From: Histomonas meleagridis 2922-C6/04-290x
Taxonomy: Eukaryota > Protista > Parabasalia
Assembly: GCA_020184695.1 (NCBI GenBank)
Contig: JAANOX010000245.1
Span: 313,887 to 377,886 of the forward strand
Direction of reading: 5' to 3'
DNA length: 64,000 bases
The notes beneath the pieces are model-generated. The model saw only the letters and a program-made list of their open reading frames with translations. It was not told where the DNA came from and made no database searches. The translations under genes and the position numbers were made by a program. Below are positions 1 through 12,965 of this stretch, one piece after another; position 1 is the stretch's first letter; every line of letters begins with the position of its first letter.

Positions 1-425
1 GTGTATTAACCGGTTTATTTCAATGGGTGTTCCGTTTTACGATAGACAAATTAAATGACAATAAAACAGTTTTTTACAGAAAAAAACTATCGTGTTTGTC
101 ATTAGGATTTTCGATGCTAACGTAATATGAGTGAATTCGATTCAACACGCAATCGTTTACTTCTTAGCATTAATTTCATAGGTTAACATTGAATTTATAT
201 ATTTTGAAATATTGGTCTATGTATATATTTATGTCGACTATGCAGATAAAATTTTGAAACATTTGTACAGTTTTGATTAATCAAAATATGTTTCGTTTAA
301 ATTAATGCAATTTTTTAATACAAAAATTTTACATATTCAGTGACAAACTAATAAAGAAACTTAGCATTACGTTTATTTTAACAATAGAAATAAATTCAAA
401 CAAATTTATATTGAAGCGCATTATA

Positions 426-1922
426 TCAATTAATTTGGAAAAATTGTTGGACGATTTTTGAATTTGCAAGCACAACTTTCGTATTTAATTTTTTCTTTAT
501 GTTATCCCATTCTTGCATAAATTCTTCTGTTGTTTGAGGATTTGTTTTTGCAATAAACGGAATCTCGCCGATAAGAAAAGCCGTTATAAAGCATTGAAAA
601 AATTGTGTTAGACCTGAAAAAGTGAAACTCGAAATGAAAATTTTTTGGATGTCAACACTTGGGAAGCAATCAAAAAACCAGTGTAAAGCATCTTTGTATA
701 TGAAATCAAGAGTGTAAACATGTTTTTGGTGTAAGAATTTCAGGAATTCTGGAAATTTTTTCTCGATCATTTTTCCAATTGAATCAAATATTTCTCTAAA
801 TTTTGACTGAAGGATTACTGTTGAAACATCTAACTTGAGATTATCAATGAAGTGTTCAAAACACCAGAATATATCGGATTCAACGTCATCGATCATTACA
901 TTATTTCCTTTATGGTCAATAACTGAGTTTTCATTAGCATCCTTAACAAAAAACTGCATGAATGTAGACAGTATCGGCAAAAGGTCATATGTTAATTTCG
1001 ACATATTCCAGTTCCAAAATGAATATGTCATTAATATATCAAAAGCGATTCTTTTTGCACAATATTTGTTACTGTATGACTCAAACAGACTCTCTGATAA
1101 ATCTACTGTGTTCTCAAGCTGATCAACTAATTTTTGAAAATCAATAAAATTCTCAAATTGTTTCTCGGAAATTGTTAACCATTGATCCCGAATTTCCAAA
1201 TATTGTTTCCTTTGTTCAATGATTTTTTGGTTTCTTTCTGCTTTTGATTTTTGAGCTTCTTCGGAATACATTAACATTGGCCAAAGTTCTTGGAAAACTT
1301 CTGGTGCTATATCCTTATTATAGAAATTTGATGCGAAATTTTCAGATTTTGCTTTTCCATCTTCATCAATTAACTTCAAAAAGTCAGATTCTGAAATCTT
1401 ATCAATTGTTAAATCAAAGTCAAAACTTATTCCAATTTCTTTAAAACTTTCAATTATAGGGATTATTGAAACTTTATTTGAATTTGGTTTACATGGTGGT
1501 AAAATTGTAAGTGTATAACTTCCTTTGTAACTTCCATCTGATAAAATTGGACTCATGGTAAAAAGGTTTGGGTTAGATTCAGTGTTAGTAAGACAAATAC
1601 GATTTTGAACGAAATTAAGAAATAAGTTAAAATCTGATATATTATCAAAAATCATTTTAACTGGTGGATCATAAAAAGTTGCTGATAAGTTGTTTTCCCA
1701 ATTTAATTGGAGAATTGAAAAATCACCTATTTGATATACATAATCAGGAATTTGAGAAAATCGTTTGATTTTTTTTCTAGGTGTTTCTTGTTCAGGAAAA
1801 AAACTCATAGAAACAACTTCATCAATAACTTGTAACTTCAATTGTCCTGTTTTAATGTTTTCTTCATCATATTCTGATGAAATATATATATTTGTATCAG
1901 GAATCATCATTTTTCTATGCAC
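426..1922 (-). CDS. TBC-domain Rab GTPase-activating protein (TBC1D15/17-like)
   Basis: Intact 498-aa ORF. The C-terminal half has TBC-like segments (ELWPMLM, QWLTISEKQF, DILMTYSFWN, DIFWCFEHF, WFFDCF). Confidence 0.65.
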   Translation of the reverse strand: MHRKMMIPDTNIYISSEYDEENIKTGQLKLQVIDEVVSMSFFPEQETPRKKIKRFSQIPDYVYQIGDFSILQLNWENNLSATFYDPPVKMIFDNISDFNLFLNFVQNRICLTNTESNPNLFTMSPILSDGSYKGSYTLTILPPCKPNSNKVSIIPIIESFKEIGISFDFDLTIDKISESDFLKLIDEDGKAKSENFASNFYNKDIAPEVFQELWPMLMYSEEAQKSKAERNQKIIEQRKQYLEIRDQWLTISEKQFENFIDFQKLVDQLENTVDLSESLFESYSNKYCAKRIAFDILMTYSFWNWNMSKLTYDLLPILSTFMQFFVKDANENSVIDHKGNNVMIDDVESDIFWCFEHFIDNLKLDVSTVILQSKFREIFDSIGKMIEKKFPEFLKFLHQKHVYTLDFIYKDALHWFFDCFPSVDIQKIFISSFTFSGLTQFFQCFITAFLIGEIPFIAKTNPQTTEEFMQEWDNIKKKLNTKVVLANSKIVQQFFQIN

Positions 1923-2390
1923 GTTTATTTTTGGTACACCCCAAAAGTAATTATGTTCATCAAAGCTTCCTCATCATAATGTTATAACAAGCATTCAATT
2001 GAAATGCCTTCTGATTGTTATCGATTCCAGTTGATTATTATGAAATATTCATGAATCGATATTAAAAATGAAACATTTAATATTTTCAAAAAATGATTTA
2101 TTATGCATAACACTTCCTCAGAAGTTATACAGCTAAAAGCTTTTAACACTAAAAGTTAAACCCACAACAATGATTACAGTTATTTACTATATTTGATACA
2201 ATTTTTAACCTGTTGTTTTGGCCGTCGACGTAGACGATATGTTCAAAAACATGGTTTCTTTCAAATATTCAGAGGCTACAGCGTTATTAAAGTCAGATAC
2301 TTTCAAATCTATTCAAATACAACATCACATCACCAGTCACTTCAAAAACAAATTTAATCTTACAACAAATTTAATGAACAAACATAAATA

Positions 2391-4535
2391 TTATTTCTCT
2401 TCATACCTCGGGAAATTATGGCACGAGATTGACACATTTAATGGAATTGGCCTTGCTTGTTGCAAGAAATATGTATAATCCATTTTCCCATTTTTACATA
2501 ATTCTTGTACAAAATCGAGCCACGTATCCTCAGGCACACCCACAATTTCATAATCTTTGTTTTGATATTTCTTCAAAGTCTTTTGTATGATGTCTCCATT
2601 TCCAGAATTATATATATTCCACAACTCAAAAAACAATTGTTGAGTTTTCAGTGTTATTGGCATTGGGTTAAAGTCCTTATACAGCTTGGAAAAAGCAACA
2701 GCAGATGCAAGCGTTGCAAGTGTTGTTTCAATCACAGAATCAAAACATCCCTCACGTATCATAAAGATACCAATTAGGTTAGAAAGTGTTAAAAGAGAGG
2801 CATTCGGCTTGTCAATTGACCCAAGAATTTGTGTTATTTCTGATATAGGAAATACAATTGGATACCCACATCCTGGAGCATCTTCTGGTAGATCAATATC
2901 AAACACAACACGAAGAGGATCATTAATTTCGTATGAAAGGAAAGTCGCAATCTCTCGAATTAATTTTCCAATCACATCAAAGATCTTATCGAAGTCAAGA
3001 TCCTTCATGTAACTGGTAGGAAGTGTAAAAATGACATTCTCGCATTGGATTTCTCCAATTGGAACATCAATGTCTTTGGTCGATTCCCATATACTTGGAT
3101 CGCCATAGACAACGCGTGGATATTTAACAAAACCTTTGAACGTGAAGTCCAAAGTCTTTTGCCCTGATTGAAGTTGACTGGTTGCAATGTAAACAGGACC
3201 TCCAAATGGTGATACGACATCAGTAGTATCTTTGTTAAGAGAAAAAGCAAAAACAATAGATGGCCAACGCTTCCATGGTGGTTGTTTTAAAGCCAAAGAT
3301 TCATGATGAGCGCCAATTTGTAAATTGAGAAAATCAGATGGATCACATTCAACAATGCTAACTTTACCAGCTGGAAGATAGAGTCCTGTAGAAGTCCATG
3401 TTTCATTCGATATATTAAGTTTCATTGAAAAATCAGCAAGTTCAACATCACCGCATTGTCCAGGAAACAACTCATAGCCTGGAAATGGAGTAACAGCTTC
3501 CGGAGGTAACTTTGGGAATATATCGAGAAGAATTCCAGAGAGAAGGTAATTCGCTGTGAACGATTTGTCAAAAATTTGACTCCCCGACTTTTTGAGATAG
3601 CCGATACACATTTCTGAGATATCCGTTAACTGTTGAATTTGACTTTTTGTTGCGCCATAATTCATATATTGGATGCCTATTGCTGTAGAACAAAGCTCTG
3701 GTGAATCCTCAGGTGTATCTGAGGTAATAATCTGTTTAAGTTTTTCTATCTGTGGTATGAAATGATGTGAGTAAACAGTTTCAAAATCTTTACATAAAGA
3801 TATGATAAAAGGTTGTTGTGCAGTCTTGCAAAAGGTATACGCTAGACCAAACCTGGAAAGGATTTGATTAATGGGGAAATAAAAAGAATTGTTATTGTCT
3901 GGGAAATGAAATGTTGCAATTGATCCGCCTTCTTTTATGAAGTTTTTGAGATCTGAGACTATAGAATCATCAAATAAATCAAAATTGGTTGGCAGAATAA
4001 TCATTTTGTAGTTGGAGAGCTTACGACTAAGATTGGTTGAAAATCGTAAATCAAAACCAAAACTTTGAAGGCCAGGCCTCATGGAATCAAAACACTCCTC
4101 TGGAAACCCTGCAATGAGAACTGGTACTAAAGCTGTTTTTTGATTTGCTAACCACTTCAAGCAAGATTTCATGAATTCACAAGTAGGCGTTTGTTCATTT
4201 AAATTATATAAAAGCTGATAATGAGGGAAGCACATTATCTTTCCAAATTCATATAGAGCGACTGAAATAATTGGGAAACTTTGGCTAATATTATATGTAG
4301 GGAAATCAAAATTTGCACAAACAAGTGGGAAAGAGGCTTCTGAAAGGCACACCGTTGGAACTATATCCAAGCTTGAACAGTCTATTTCTGTTAAATCATC
4401 GAGGATAAATTCAAATATGCACCGAATGATGTTTTTGTTAATAATTCCAAAAACACCACTAGCCTGGGATTGATTTTTGGCTTTGCCATGAGATATTTTG
4501 TATGACTTCTTGTTTGAAGAGGATTGGCATCCCAT
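2391..4535 (-). CDS. M60-like/TCAF (FAM115)-family protein, N-terminal MGC acylation motif, no HExxH
   Basis: 714-aa ORF with TWTSTGLYLPAG, LQIGAH, KRWP and SPFGGPVYI motifs typical of M60-like domains. Starts MGCQSS. Confidence 0.7.
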   Translation of the reverse strand: MGCQSSSNKKSYKISHGKAKNQSQASGVFGIINKNIIRCIFEFILDDLTEIDCSSLDIVPTVCLSEASFPLVCANFDFPTYNISQSFPIISVALYEFGKIMCFPHYQLLYNLNEQTPTCEFMKSCLKWLANQKTALVPVLIAGFPEECFDSMRPGLQSFGFDLRFSTNLSRKLSNYKMIILPTNFDLFDDSIVSDLKNFIKEGGSIATFHFPDNNNSFYFPINQILSRFGLAYTFCKTAQQPFIISLCKDFETVYSHHFIPQIEKLKQIITSDTPEDSPELCSTAIGIQYMNYGATKSQIQQLTDISEMCIGYLKKSGSQIFDKSFTANYLLSGILLDIFPKLPPEAVTPFPGYELFPGQCGDVELADFSMKLNISNETWTSTGLYLPAGKVSIVECDPSDFLNLQIGAHHESLALKQPPWKRWPSIVFAFSLNKDTTDVVSPFGGPVYIATSQLQSGQKTLDFTFKGFVKYPRVVYGDPSIWESTKDIDVPIGEIQCENVIFTLPTSYMKDLDFDKIFDVIGKLIREIATFLSYEINDPLRVVFDIDLPEDAPGCGYPIVFPISEITQILGSIDKPNASLLTLSNLIGIFMIREGCFDSVIETTLATLASAVAFSKLYKDFNPMPITLKTQQLFFELWNIYNSGNGDIIQKTLKKYQNKDYEIVGVPEDTWLDFVQELCKNGKMDYTYFLQQARPIPLNVSISCHNFPRYEEK

Positions 4536-5106
4536 TCGGAAAGATTCTCTTCTAACGAATATTGTAAAAAGACTTTCTGCTCAAAAAGTTAAACTTGAAA
4601 CAATTTTTTGGGAATTTCACTCAAAAGATATTTTACAACAGATCATTCACAAATTTCAGTCGATTTAAACGTTGATATTTTGAATTCAGAAACAGTCATT
4701 TTCTTTCATACAATTCTTGGCAAATGCCGATGAAAACGATCTAATTCTATTCAAAAGTATTTTTTCTCAATATTGAGTACTTTTTTGAATCAATAGGTAT
4801 CGGTAAGGTAGCTTTTTGTATCAATTTTCAATGCGTTGATGGTTCAGTTTTCGTTGCCAGAGAAAATCATTTTTATCTAGGTGAAGTGAACAAACGACCG
4901 CTTCGAAAATAATTCTTTAGTTTATTCATATCGTTCTGACCGTTAACAGGTTGCTTGATGAAAATCTAAGTTTGTTTTTAATGAAATTATTTGAAGAATA
5001 TGTTTGATCATAAAGATGTAGAAGAGCTGAACACGAAATTTCTCGCACTTACTTCTCCTGACCCAAAAGTTCATGATTCAGCTTCGCAAATAATTTAACA
5101 AAAAAA

Positions 5107-7785
5107 TGAATTCTGATCCACTTGAATTAGCAATTATATGTGGGTGGTTCTTAATCAAGCCAATTACCCAGTATCATCTTCCTCGAGTGCTTTACTTTTT
5201 ATTGATTAAATAATCACTCCTGATGAAAATAATAAAATCGAATTTATCAGAGAAGAATGGATGAACTATGACCAAGAGAAGCGCAGCTTTATCAAAATTT
5301 CTATCCTACGTGCGTTAACTTTACCAGATAGAAGTCTTGCCAATGAAGCATCACAAACATTAATCAAATTATTTGTAATAGAAAAACATGAAATGCTTCC
5401 ACTCATTGCACAATTATTTGTTATTATTGAATCATCAGAATACAATGATGATACGCATCTCGCAGTCATCAATACTCTTGATTTGTTCAGAAGATATCCT
5501 TGATGACATGATTCAATCAGAAGAAGTCAAAGTAGTTCTCGCAAATATTTTTTCTTTTATTGGTACGCTTTTTCTTAAGAATAATTCTGAAAACATGTCT
5601 TGTACAAGTTTCAATTTGTAATGTATTAAACTCATTAATTTCAATAGCTACGCCACTCTTTTATCCCCCGGATGTTTTTAATAATTTTGTTACACTTATT
5701 GGTAATTATCTTTTTGGTCATCCTTCTCAATTGCTTCATCAGCATTTGATGCAACTTTTGACTTCACTCACATTGAAAATTTATGAACACGACGGTTTTA
5801 ATTTCAGTGGTATCGGCCCTATCGCCCTCAAATTTCTATTCAAAGACCAAAAACAGAAAAGATCTCTAACGTTCTCAGTTTTTGGGCTAAGCTCACAAAT
5901 CTCGAAAGGAAAAACACGCAAGCAATTCTATTTAAACAAAGATATGAAAATCTATTGCAAGAACGTCAACACTCAATTTCAACAACATTACCACCACAGT
6001 TCAAATGAGAGATTTAATCAACCCAATTCTTGACAATATAATTCCTTGTTTAATGGACATGTTAGCACTTATGCCAGACGATGAAAGAGAACCAGAAAAT
6101 CCTGGGGACCAAACCATCCATGGGAAAGCATTTCAAGTTCTTTCTAACATCTATGAATATCATTCTGATAAAGTATTCTCTTTTATTTTAAAATATTGGC
6201 AGACTCATGAACCTTATAGTTCTACATATCCAATTCAAAATTCCTTATTATTGACAATAGCAATTGTTTCAAGACCACCTCAATCACCTCAACAAGCAAA
6301 TGATATTTTTAACTTTTTAACAAGAAATCTTTTATCAGAAGGAGAATTTTTTATCACCAAATTTTTAATTGAAGCAATTGCACATCCATATAAGCGAATG
6401 ACAGATACAGCACTTTATGTTATAAGTTTGTTGTTAGAAAACTTTGATCTATATATGACAGACGAATATTTTGATATTTTACTTGGACAAATGCAAGCTC
6501 ATTTTATGGATCATAATATTATTACAGGACGAGTTTTTGCTGTTATTAATCAACTAATTTTAAGATGTTATAATTTTAATCATGTGTCACTTTATGAAAA
6601 ATATTATGAATCTTTAGGAACCTTTTGTGTAAAATTTCTAGGTTTTTTTTCTCAAACATTTAATGCTCCACCAAGTTTATTACAAACATGTTCTTATGTA
6701 ATGATAAATTTAATTAAGTATGCACCAGACAGTAAACAAGAAAGTGTTGGAAAAAATATTTAACCAATCAATGTCAACTATAGATAATTTTAAAGATTTT
6801 CAAAACATGGATAATAACAGCGAAAACTTTGCCCTAGTATCAGATAGTATTTATTTTGTTATAATGTGTTTCCATCGATTTCCTAATCATTTTCAACATT
6901 ATGGTGTACCTGTAGCACAAAAATTATTAAGCATAATCAAATTTAGAAATGTATTATTAGAAGAATGTTCATATGGTTTAATATCTATAATATCTTCATT
7001 AGGTATAAATGTTACAAATATATTTAATGATATGCTTCAATGCATTAGTTTCTCATTAACAAGTGAAAAACCTTCCGTTATACGAGCTAAAGTTGGAGTA
7101 CTTGCGGCACTTTATAGAACTGTTTTAAGTGAAGGGGTTAACAATGAGTGTGCAATAGAATTAATAAATAGATTTCCGACAACTTTACAATTAATCATCG
7201 ATTGTTTAGTAAAAGGAAATTTTGAAAGAGAATTAAATGTTAAAATTCTTATGAGTCTTTCAAAAGTTATTAAATCTATTGCTCCTAAGATAAGTAAAGA
7301 TGAAAGAGACAACTTAATGCAATTATATCGTATATTTGAATACGCCTATTAACTTTAGCAATAATAAAAACGAAAAATTCGTATCCGATTTATATACTGC
7401 TGTAATTAGAGGTTACGAAGCTTTGCTACATACAGTTAAACCTGGAGAATTAAGAAATAGAAGTTTAAAGAGATTTTTCCTTATGAAAACTGTTGATAAA
7501 GTATTGGAAATGAAAGAACAAACATTCGATTGCTTAAATGCGATACTTGATTTATTTATAACTTTTGATGATGTTTTCGGTAATAACTTCTTTCTATGTA
7601 GATCAAAAATTTTTCAATTAGTATCATTTGCTTATTGTTTGTCTCTCCCTGGTAGAAGAAAAGAAGAACTCGAATTAAAACATAAGTCGATGCAATTATT
7701 TAGAAAATATCGATATAATTGGAAATTAAAATACCAATGCATTACTTGGAATCCAATCCCATTTATGACTTCTTCCATTTTCTAA
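5107..7785 (+). pseudogene. Importin-beta/karyopherin-like HEAT-repeat gene, broken by several frameshifts (pseudogene or assembly indels)
   Basis: ATG at 5107. Successive overlapping + strand ORFs (5261, 5388, 5560, 6005, 6720, 7336) each carry helical HEAT-like sequence and switch frame. Confidence 0.55.
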
Positions 7786-8748
7786 AGTTAGAAATAAACC
7801 ATACTTGTAAATCAAATATTTGATTATTGATTATCTATTTCTGTAACTGTTAAAGCTCCTTCCATTTTTAAACGCCAACATTCAATGCAAAAGGTGTAAA
7901 CAGAATTACTTTACGCAAATGATGAAAAGATGGAAACGCTTTTCAACAATATCTTTTACTATGTGCGTTATCCCATTGGAAAAACATCTTATGGCAATTG
8001 GGATATTGTTTCTTAGCATAAAGTTTGGGAGGACAATGAAATTCGAACCAAAATATGATATTTTCCATGCAGTTCATCCATTTGTGAAAATATAGATAAC
8101 ACATAAAAGGCTAAATGAATAAAATTTAATTTTTCATATGAGTAAAGCTGTTTGACGATTTTCAAATGATTTCTTTTAATCATTTTTTGCCCAACATTTG
8201 TTTGATGGCTTTTTAAAATGTGTTAGAATGAATGATACAGATTTTGAACAATATTATGTGCGATTACAAATTTGGTTTATGCAACTAATGAAATTGAAGT
8301 TATACAAATTATGGAAATGTTATTAGATAAAAGATTCGATATGAATTTAACAACGAAAGTAGATGGCAAGCAAACAAAGCCACTCCTTCTTGCTTTTGTT
8401 TTTAATATTAAGAAATAATATAAAGTGATTGATTGGATGTTAAATAATGGAATAGACCCATACATGAAAGCAAGTAATTACAATATATGAATATGTGATG
8501 AATATATCTGACAAAAAAATGAAAGAAATTTTCAAATAAATAACAAATGTCATATATTTTATTCCATATCTTAAGTTGTGCTTGAATTATTTTTTCTGTA
8601 ATAATATTTTATAATTTATATGTAATTAAGTATAATTTAAGAATATATACATTTATATTATTAAACAGTTTTTATATGTTCTTATTTCAAAAAAACATTA
8701 CAAATGATTTTATGTGTTATAAAAATATTTAATATATAAAAACATTTA

Positions 8749-9440
8749 TTAATCAACACTTTCAATTTCATTACTGTTATCGTTGCAATATTGTTCTTCG
8801 TCGTCATCTGATGACTTTAGTTCTGGATATTCGTCAATGTTGCCGCCTTTAGAAAGTAATCTTTCGCGTTGCATTCGTCGAACTTCTCGAAATGATATTT
8901 CTTCTTTTCGACGTTTTTCTTCTTTAATTCGTTGACGAATAAATTGTTCGCGTTGATGTCCGCCTTCGTAATAACTTTCAACAAGAAGACGCTCATTAGT
9001 ATCAACTGTTGAATCATCAAGATACGTGAGGATTTTACATAGATGTATAACAGAACGTCGATAATGTTGACATTGATCAACAATCGGATTGTTTTCAAGT
9101 CGAAGAACTCGAAGTTGACTCATATGACTCAATATTTCAATAATTCCGATTTCATAAAGTTTATTATCGCTAATATTAAGGATTTCAAGTGATTGACACT
9201 GTAAAATTCCTTGAATTGAGTTGATTGTATCAAGTCGATTATGATCAACATCAAGTGTTTGAAGTTGTTGACAATGTTCAAGACCTTCAATATTTTGAAT
9301 ATAATTATGTGATAAATTTAATAAATGAAGTTTTTGAAGTTCTTCAAGACCTTCAATTTTACTGATAAAAATTATTTTGTAAATATAAACTTTCTAATTG
9401 TTTTAAACTTGAAAGACCTTCAATTTTAGAAAGTTGATTG
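8749..9440 (-). pseudogene. DNAAF1: 5'-truncated copy of dynein axonemal assembly factor 1 (LRRC50/ODA7-like)
   Basis: Matches 20950 onward of the right copy but lacks the ~240 bp carrying the start codon. It retains the acidic C-terminus ending EIESVD. Confidence 0.75.
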
Positions 9441-9488
9441 TTTAAAAATAAACTATAGAAAAAAATTAAATTTTTTTTTCTTTCTTTT

Positions 9489-9806
9489 ATGAATTCAAGA
9501 ATTAAAAAAATGCTTCCACTTGGTTGTAAATCTGTTCAAGATTATATTCTTCATTATCATCAAAAATCATGTTCAAAACAAGAACAAAGTTTAAATCTTC
9601 ATCAAGTTAATAAAAGTAATTATCTTCAAAATTTACCGACAGAAAAAACTCTTTCTCATCAAATTAAAGGCAAAACACCAGATAATAGCAAACGTATATC
9701 TTTTTATGAACGATCTTTCCCAAACGATATTCCTTCGTCTTCACTTCTTAAGCCTTCTGATATATCTTTTTCTTCAACTTATCAAAACAATAAAAAAGAT
9801 GATTAA
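9489..9806 (+). CDS. Hypothetical 105-aa S/Q/K-rich protein
   Basis: ATG-initiated ORF convergent on LST8. A frameshifted inverted copy lies at 20342-20663. Confidence 0.4.
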   Translation: MNSRIKKMLPLGCKSVQDYILHYHQKSCSKQEQSLNLHQVNKSNYLQNLPTEKTLSHQIKGKTPDNSKRISFYERSFPNDIPSSSLLKPSDISFSSTYQNNKKDD

Positions 9807-9848
9807 AATTTTACAAATATTAATTTTATTCTTTTTTTTTATTACTTT

Positions 9849-10766
9849 TCATATGTACATTAATGCTAACGCTGTAATTCCTTTTGCATGCGATTTATCA
9901 TTTAAGTAAACAACATTTCCTTCATTCACATTCCAAGTTCGATAAGTTTTATCTGTTCCACCTGTCACTACATAATTTGAGTCATTAGTAAAAGCTGCAT
10001 CCCAAATCCATTTGTTTGTGTTATGTTTTAATACTTTCTTTTGTATTAATGTGTTTTTGTCCCAAATTTTGGCTGTCGAATCTGCTGACGTCGTAATAAT
10101 GTTTTCTTCATTAGGCGAAAGTAAACATCGAAGAATGACATCGTTATGCGCTTCAAACTCATTCGCTTTATGAAATTCATCGTTATAATGATGAACAACA
10201 ATAACTTTACCGTCATGACATCCGCAATAAATTTCTTCCCCATTTCGACTTTGTGAAATACTCCGAATAGGTTTAGTACAAAGACGAATCGAATATAAAA
10301 GTTTATGCTCACTAATATCCCATGATTCAAGATATCCATTCTCATTACATGTAATTAATAATTTCTTATTCGGATGAAGACAAATATTATTAAGTGGTGA
10401 TGACGTAGTAATGGTTTGTTGTGGTCGAATTGATCCTTGTCGTCGATCCCAAAAATTAATCGTACGATCTTCACTACATGTATAAAAATTATCCCCTGAA
10501 AAAACAAGATCATTAACGTTTGAAATATGTCCTGCATATTGTGACGGTTTAGAATTTTTTAAAACATCATGGATGATAACATATGGATTTAATGCTAACG
10601 CAATTTCGTTGTTTTCTGTGATAACAATTCGATTAACTTGTGAATTACCAGTGCTAATTTTGCTGAACTTTGGAATATCTTCTTTATCTTCAAAAATTTT
10701 GGTAAAATTAACACTTAAATCATATCCTGCTGTTACTAATATAGGATATTTCGTGCTTGAATTCAT
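9849..10766 (-). CDS. LST8: TOR complex subunit LST8 (G-beta-L), WD40 repeat
   Basis: ILVTAGYD, SQVNRIVIT, YTCSEDRTINFWD, TTSADSTAKIW and WIWDAAF motifs match the LST8 pattern. Confidence 0.8.
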   Translation of the reverse strand: MNSSTKYPILVTAGYDLSVNFTKIFEDKEDIPKFSKISTGNSQVNRIVITENNEIALALNPYVIIHDVLKNSKPSQYAGHISNVNDLVFSGDNFYTCSEDRTINFWDRRQGSIRPQQTITTSSPLNNICLHPNKKLLITCNENGYLESWDISEHKLLYSIRLCTKPIRSISQSRNGEEIYCGCHDGKVIVVHHYNDEFHKANEFEAHNDVILRCLLSPNEENIITTSADSTAKIWDKNTLIQKKVLKHNTNKWIWDAAFTNDSNYVVTGGTDKTYRTWNVNEGNVVYLNDKSHAKGITALALMYI

Positions 10767-11081
10767 ATGAAATTTAAAAATACTGTCTCGTGACGATCAA
10801 AAGTGGCATTGTATTTGGCCGATTTAAATGTAAAAAAATTTTTATTAAAAATGCTTTAAATAATTCTAAATTTATATGTATCATGAAAAAAAATATTAAT
10901 ATTTTTAATAATTGGATATGATTTATTTCTAAAAAGTATCCGAATCATAAAATTAATTTAATATTATTTATCATCATAATTATGATAATATGTCCAAATA
11001 TAAGTTCTAAGGATCATTATATTAAATAATTCTTAAATTTTACAACCAAATATTTGATACATTAAATAATTCAAAAGTAAA

Positions 11082-12460
11082 TTATGAATTAACTTTTTGA
11101 AGTAACGTAACAACTTCAGTATACCCATTTTCTATTGCTTTTATAAAAGCCGTATTAAATAATATTAATAATTTCCAAATATTATTTTGTAATTTCAATT
11201 CATCAAAATAAATACAAAATTGTTATAAGGAGCATCTGTAGAATTGATATCAATTCCTTCTTGTTTAAGAAGTAATTCAACTATTTCTATATTCCCATTT
11301 TCAGATGACCAAATAAGCGCAGTTTCAAATAATTTGAAGAATTTCCATATATTATTTGGATATATAAAATTAATATTACAAATTTCATAGAAAATATAAC
11401 AATATTTTTGGAATTGATATTAATTCCTTTTTGGTCAAGAAGTAATTTAACTATATCTGTATAACCATTTTTAGATGCACAAATAAGTGCTGTATAAAAT
11501 GATTTTAATAATTTCCTTATATTATTTTGAAATTCCGATATATCAAAATAAATTTTAAACAAAACAAATAAATATTTTTGGCATTGACATCAATTCCCTC
11601 ATGTTCAAGAAGTAATTTAACTATTTCTATATAACCAAAAGATGATGCAATAATAAGTGGTGTGTTAAATGTTTTAAACAATTTCCAAATTTTAATTTCA
11701 ATCAGAAAGACATCAAAATAAATTTCACACAAATCAAATAAACATTGTAGTCATTGATATTAATTCCTTTTTGATCAAGAAGTAATTTAACTATTGCAGA
11801 ATGATTAGTTTTAGATGCACATATAAGTACTGTATCAAATATTTTAATTGATTTCCAAATATTACTTCGAAATAGAAAATTATTAAAATAAATATTAAAT
11901 GATATAATTAAATATTTTTAGTATTAATATCAATTTCTTCTTTTTCGAGAAGTAATTTAACTATATTTATATAACCAAAAGAAGATGCAATAATAAGTGG
12001 TGTATTAAATATTATGAATAATTTCCAAATATTATTTTGAAACAGAAAATTATTATTACAAATTTTATATAAAACAAATTAATATCTTTGGCATTGATAT
12101 TAATTTCTTTTTGATCAAGAAGTAATTTAACTATTTCTATATTCCCATTTTCAGATGACCAAATAAGCGCAGTTTCAAATAATTTGAAGAATTTCCATAT
12201 ATTATTTGGATATATAAAATTAATATTACAAATTTCATAGAAAATATAACAATATTTTTGGAATTGATATTAATTCCTTTTTGGTCAAGAAGTAATTTAA
12301 CTATATCTGTATAACCATTTTTAGATGCACAAATAAGTGCTGTATAAAATGATTTTAATAATTTCCTTATATTATTTTGAAATTCCAATATATCAATATA
12401 AATTTTAAACAAAACAAATAAATATTTTTGGCATTAATATCATTTTCTTCTTGTTCAAGC
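11082..12460 (-). pseudogene. Orphan ankyrin array (8 repeats plus 8 fixed-length inserts), no N-terminal domain
   Basis: Ankyrin T codons at 12343, 12173, 12003, 11833, 11663, 11493, 11323 and 11153 (exact 170-nt period). Ends LLQKVNS* at 11082. No start or DUF3447-type region upstream. Confidence 0.75.
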
Positions 12461-12965
12461 TCGGCCGATTTAAATATTGCACTTTATCTATTTTATACGA
12501 ATTCGAAATGAAAGCATTACATTAACCATTATGCTGTAATTATATAGATGATGTTTTCCAAGTTTAATATCCAATTAATTTCAAGATATTTAAAATATTT
12601 ACACAAATTCTGTTAAATTTTATATACAACATTACTTCACAATTAAGGAACCACATTTTATTGTTAAATTATTATTTTTGATCAAGATATTTGTGTTTAA
12701 TTAAACTCACTTACCGATCAAAAGTATTCAAAAAGCAGCCGTTTTTGTAGACGAACGATAGACGAATAAAATGATCAGGAAACATTTCATAGAAAAAAAT
12801 TACCTTCGTTTTGAATCTAACAGATTATAATATGTTATTATTATTAGTGGAGCTGTCTATTAATTCACAAAATTGCATTGCATCACACATTACCAAAAAA
12901 ACACAAATCTAAATAAAATTGTATTAAATATTAAATTTACATTTATATACATTCTTTACTATATA

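Larger units (their letters stand above)
8268..12130. repeat. Left arm of ~4 kb inverted duplication
   Basis: Reverse complement of ~18010-21999. Identical shadow ORFs occur in both arms (8277/21800, 9706/20239, 10046/19803). Confidence 0.9.

Noticed and set aside
835-3256. Short ORFs overlapping the TBC and M60-like genes
   Set aside because: Antisense or alternative-frame shadows with no recognisable motifs.
4560-5080. Possible small frameshifted minus-strand gene between the M60-like and importin-like genes
   Set aside because: Only short open stretches and no family match, so it cannot be supported.
8277-8465. 62-aa ORF repeated at 21800-21988
   Set aside because: Identity is explained by the inverted duplication, and there is no independent coding evidence.
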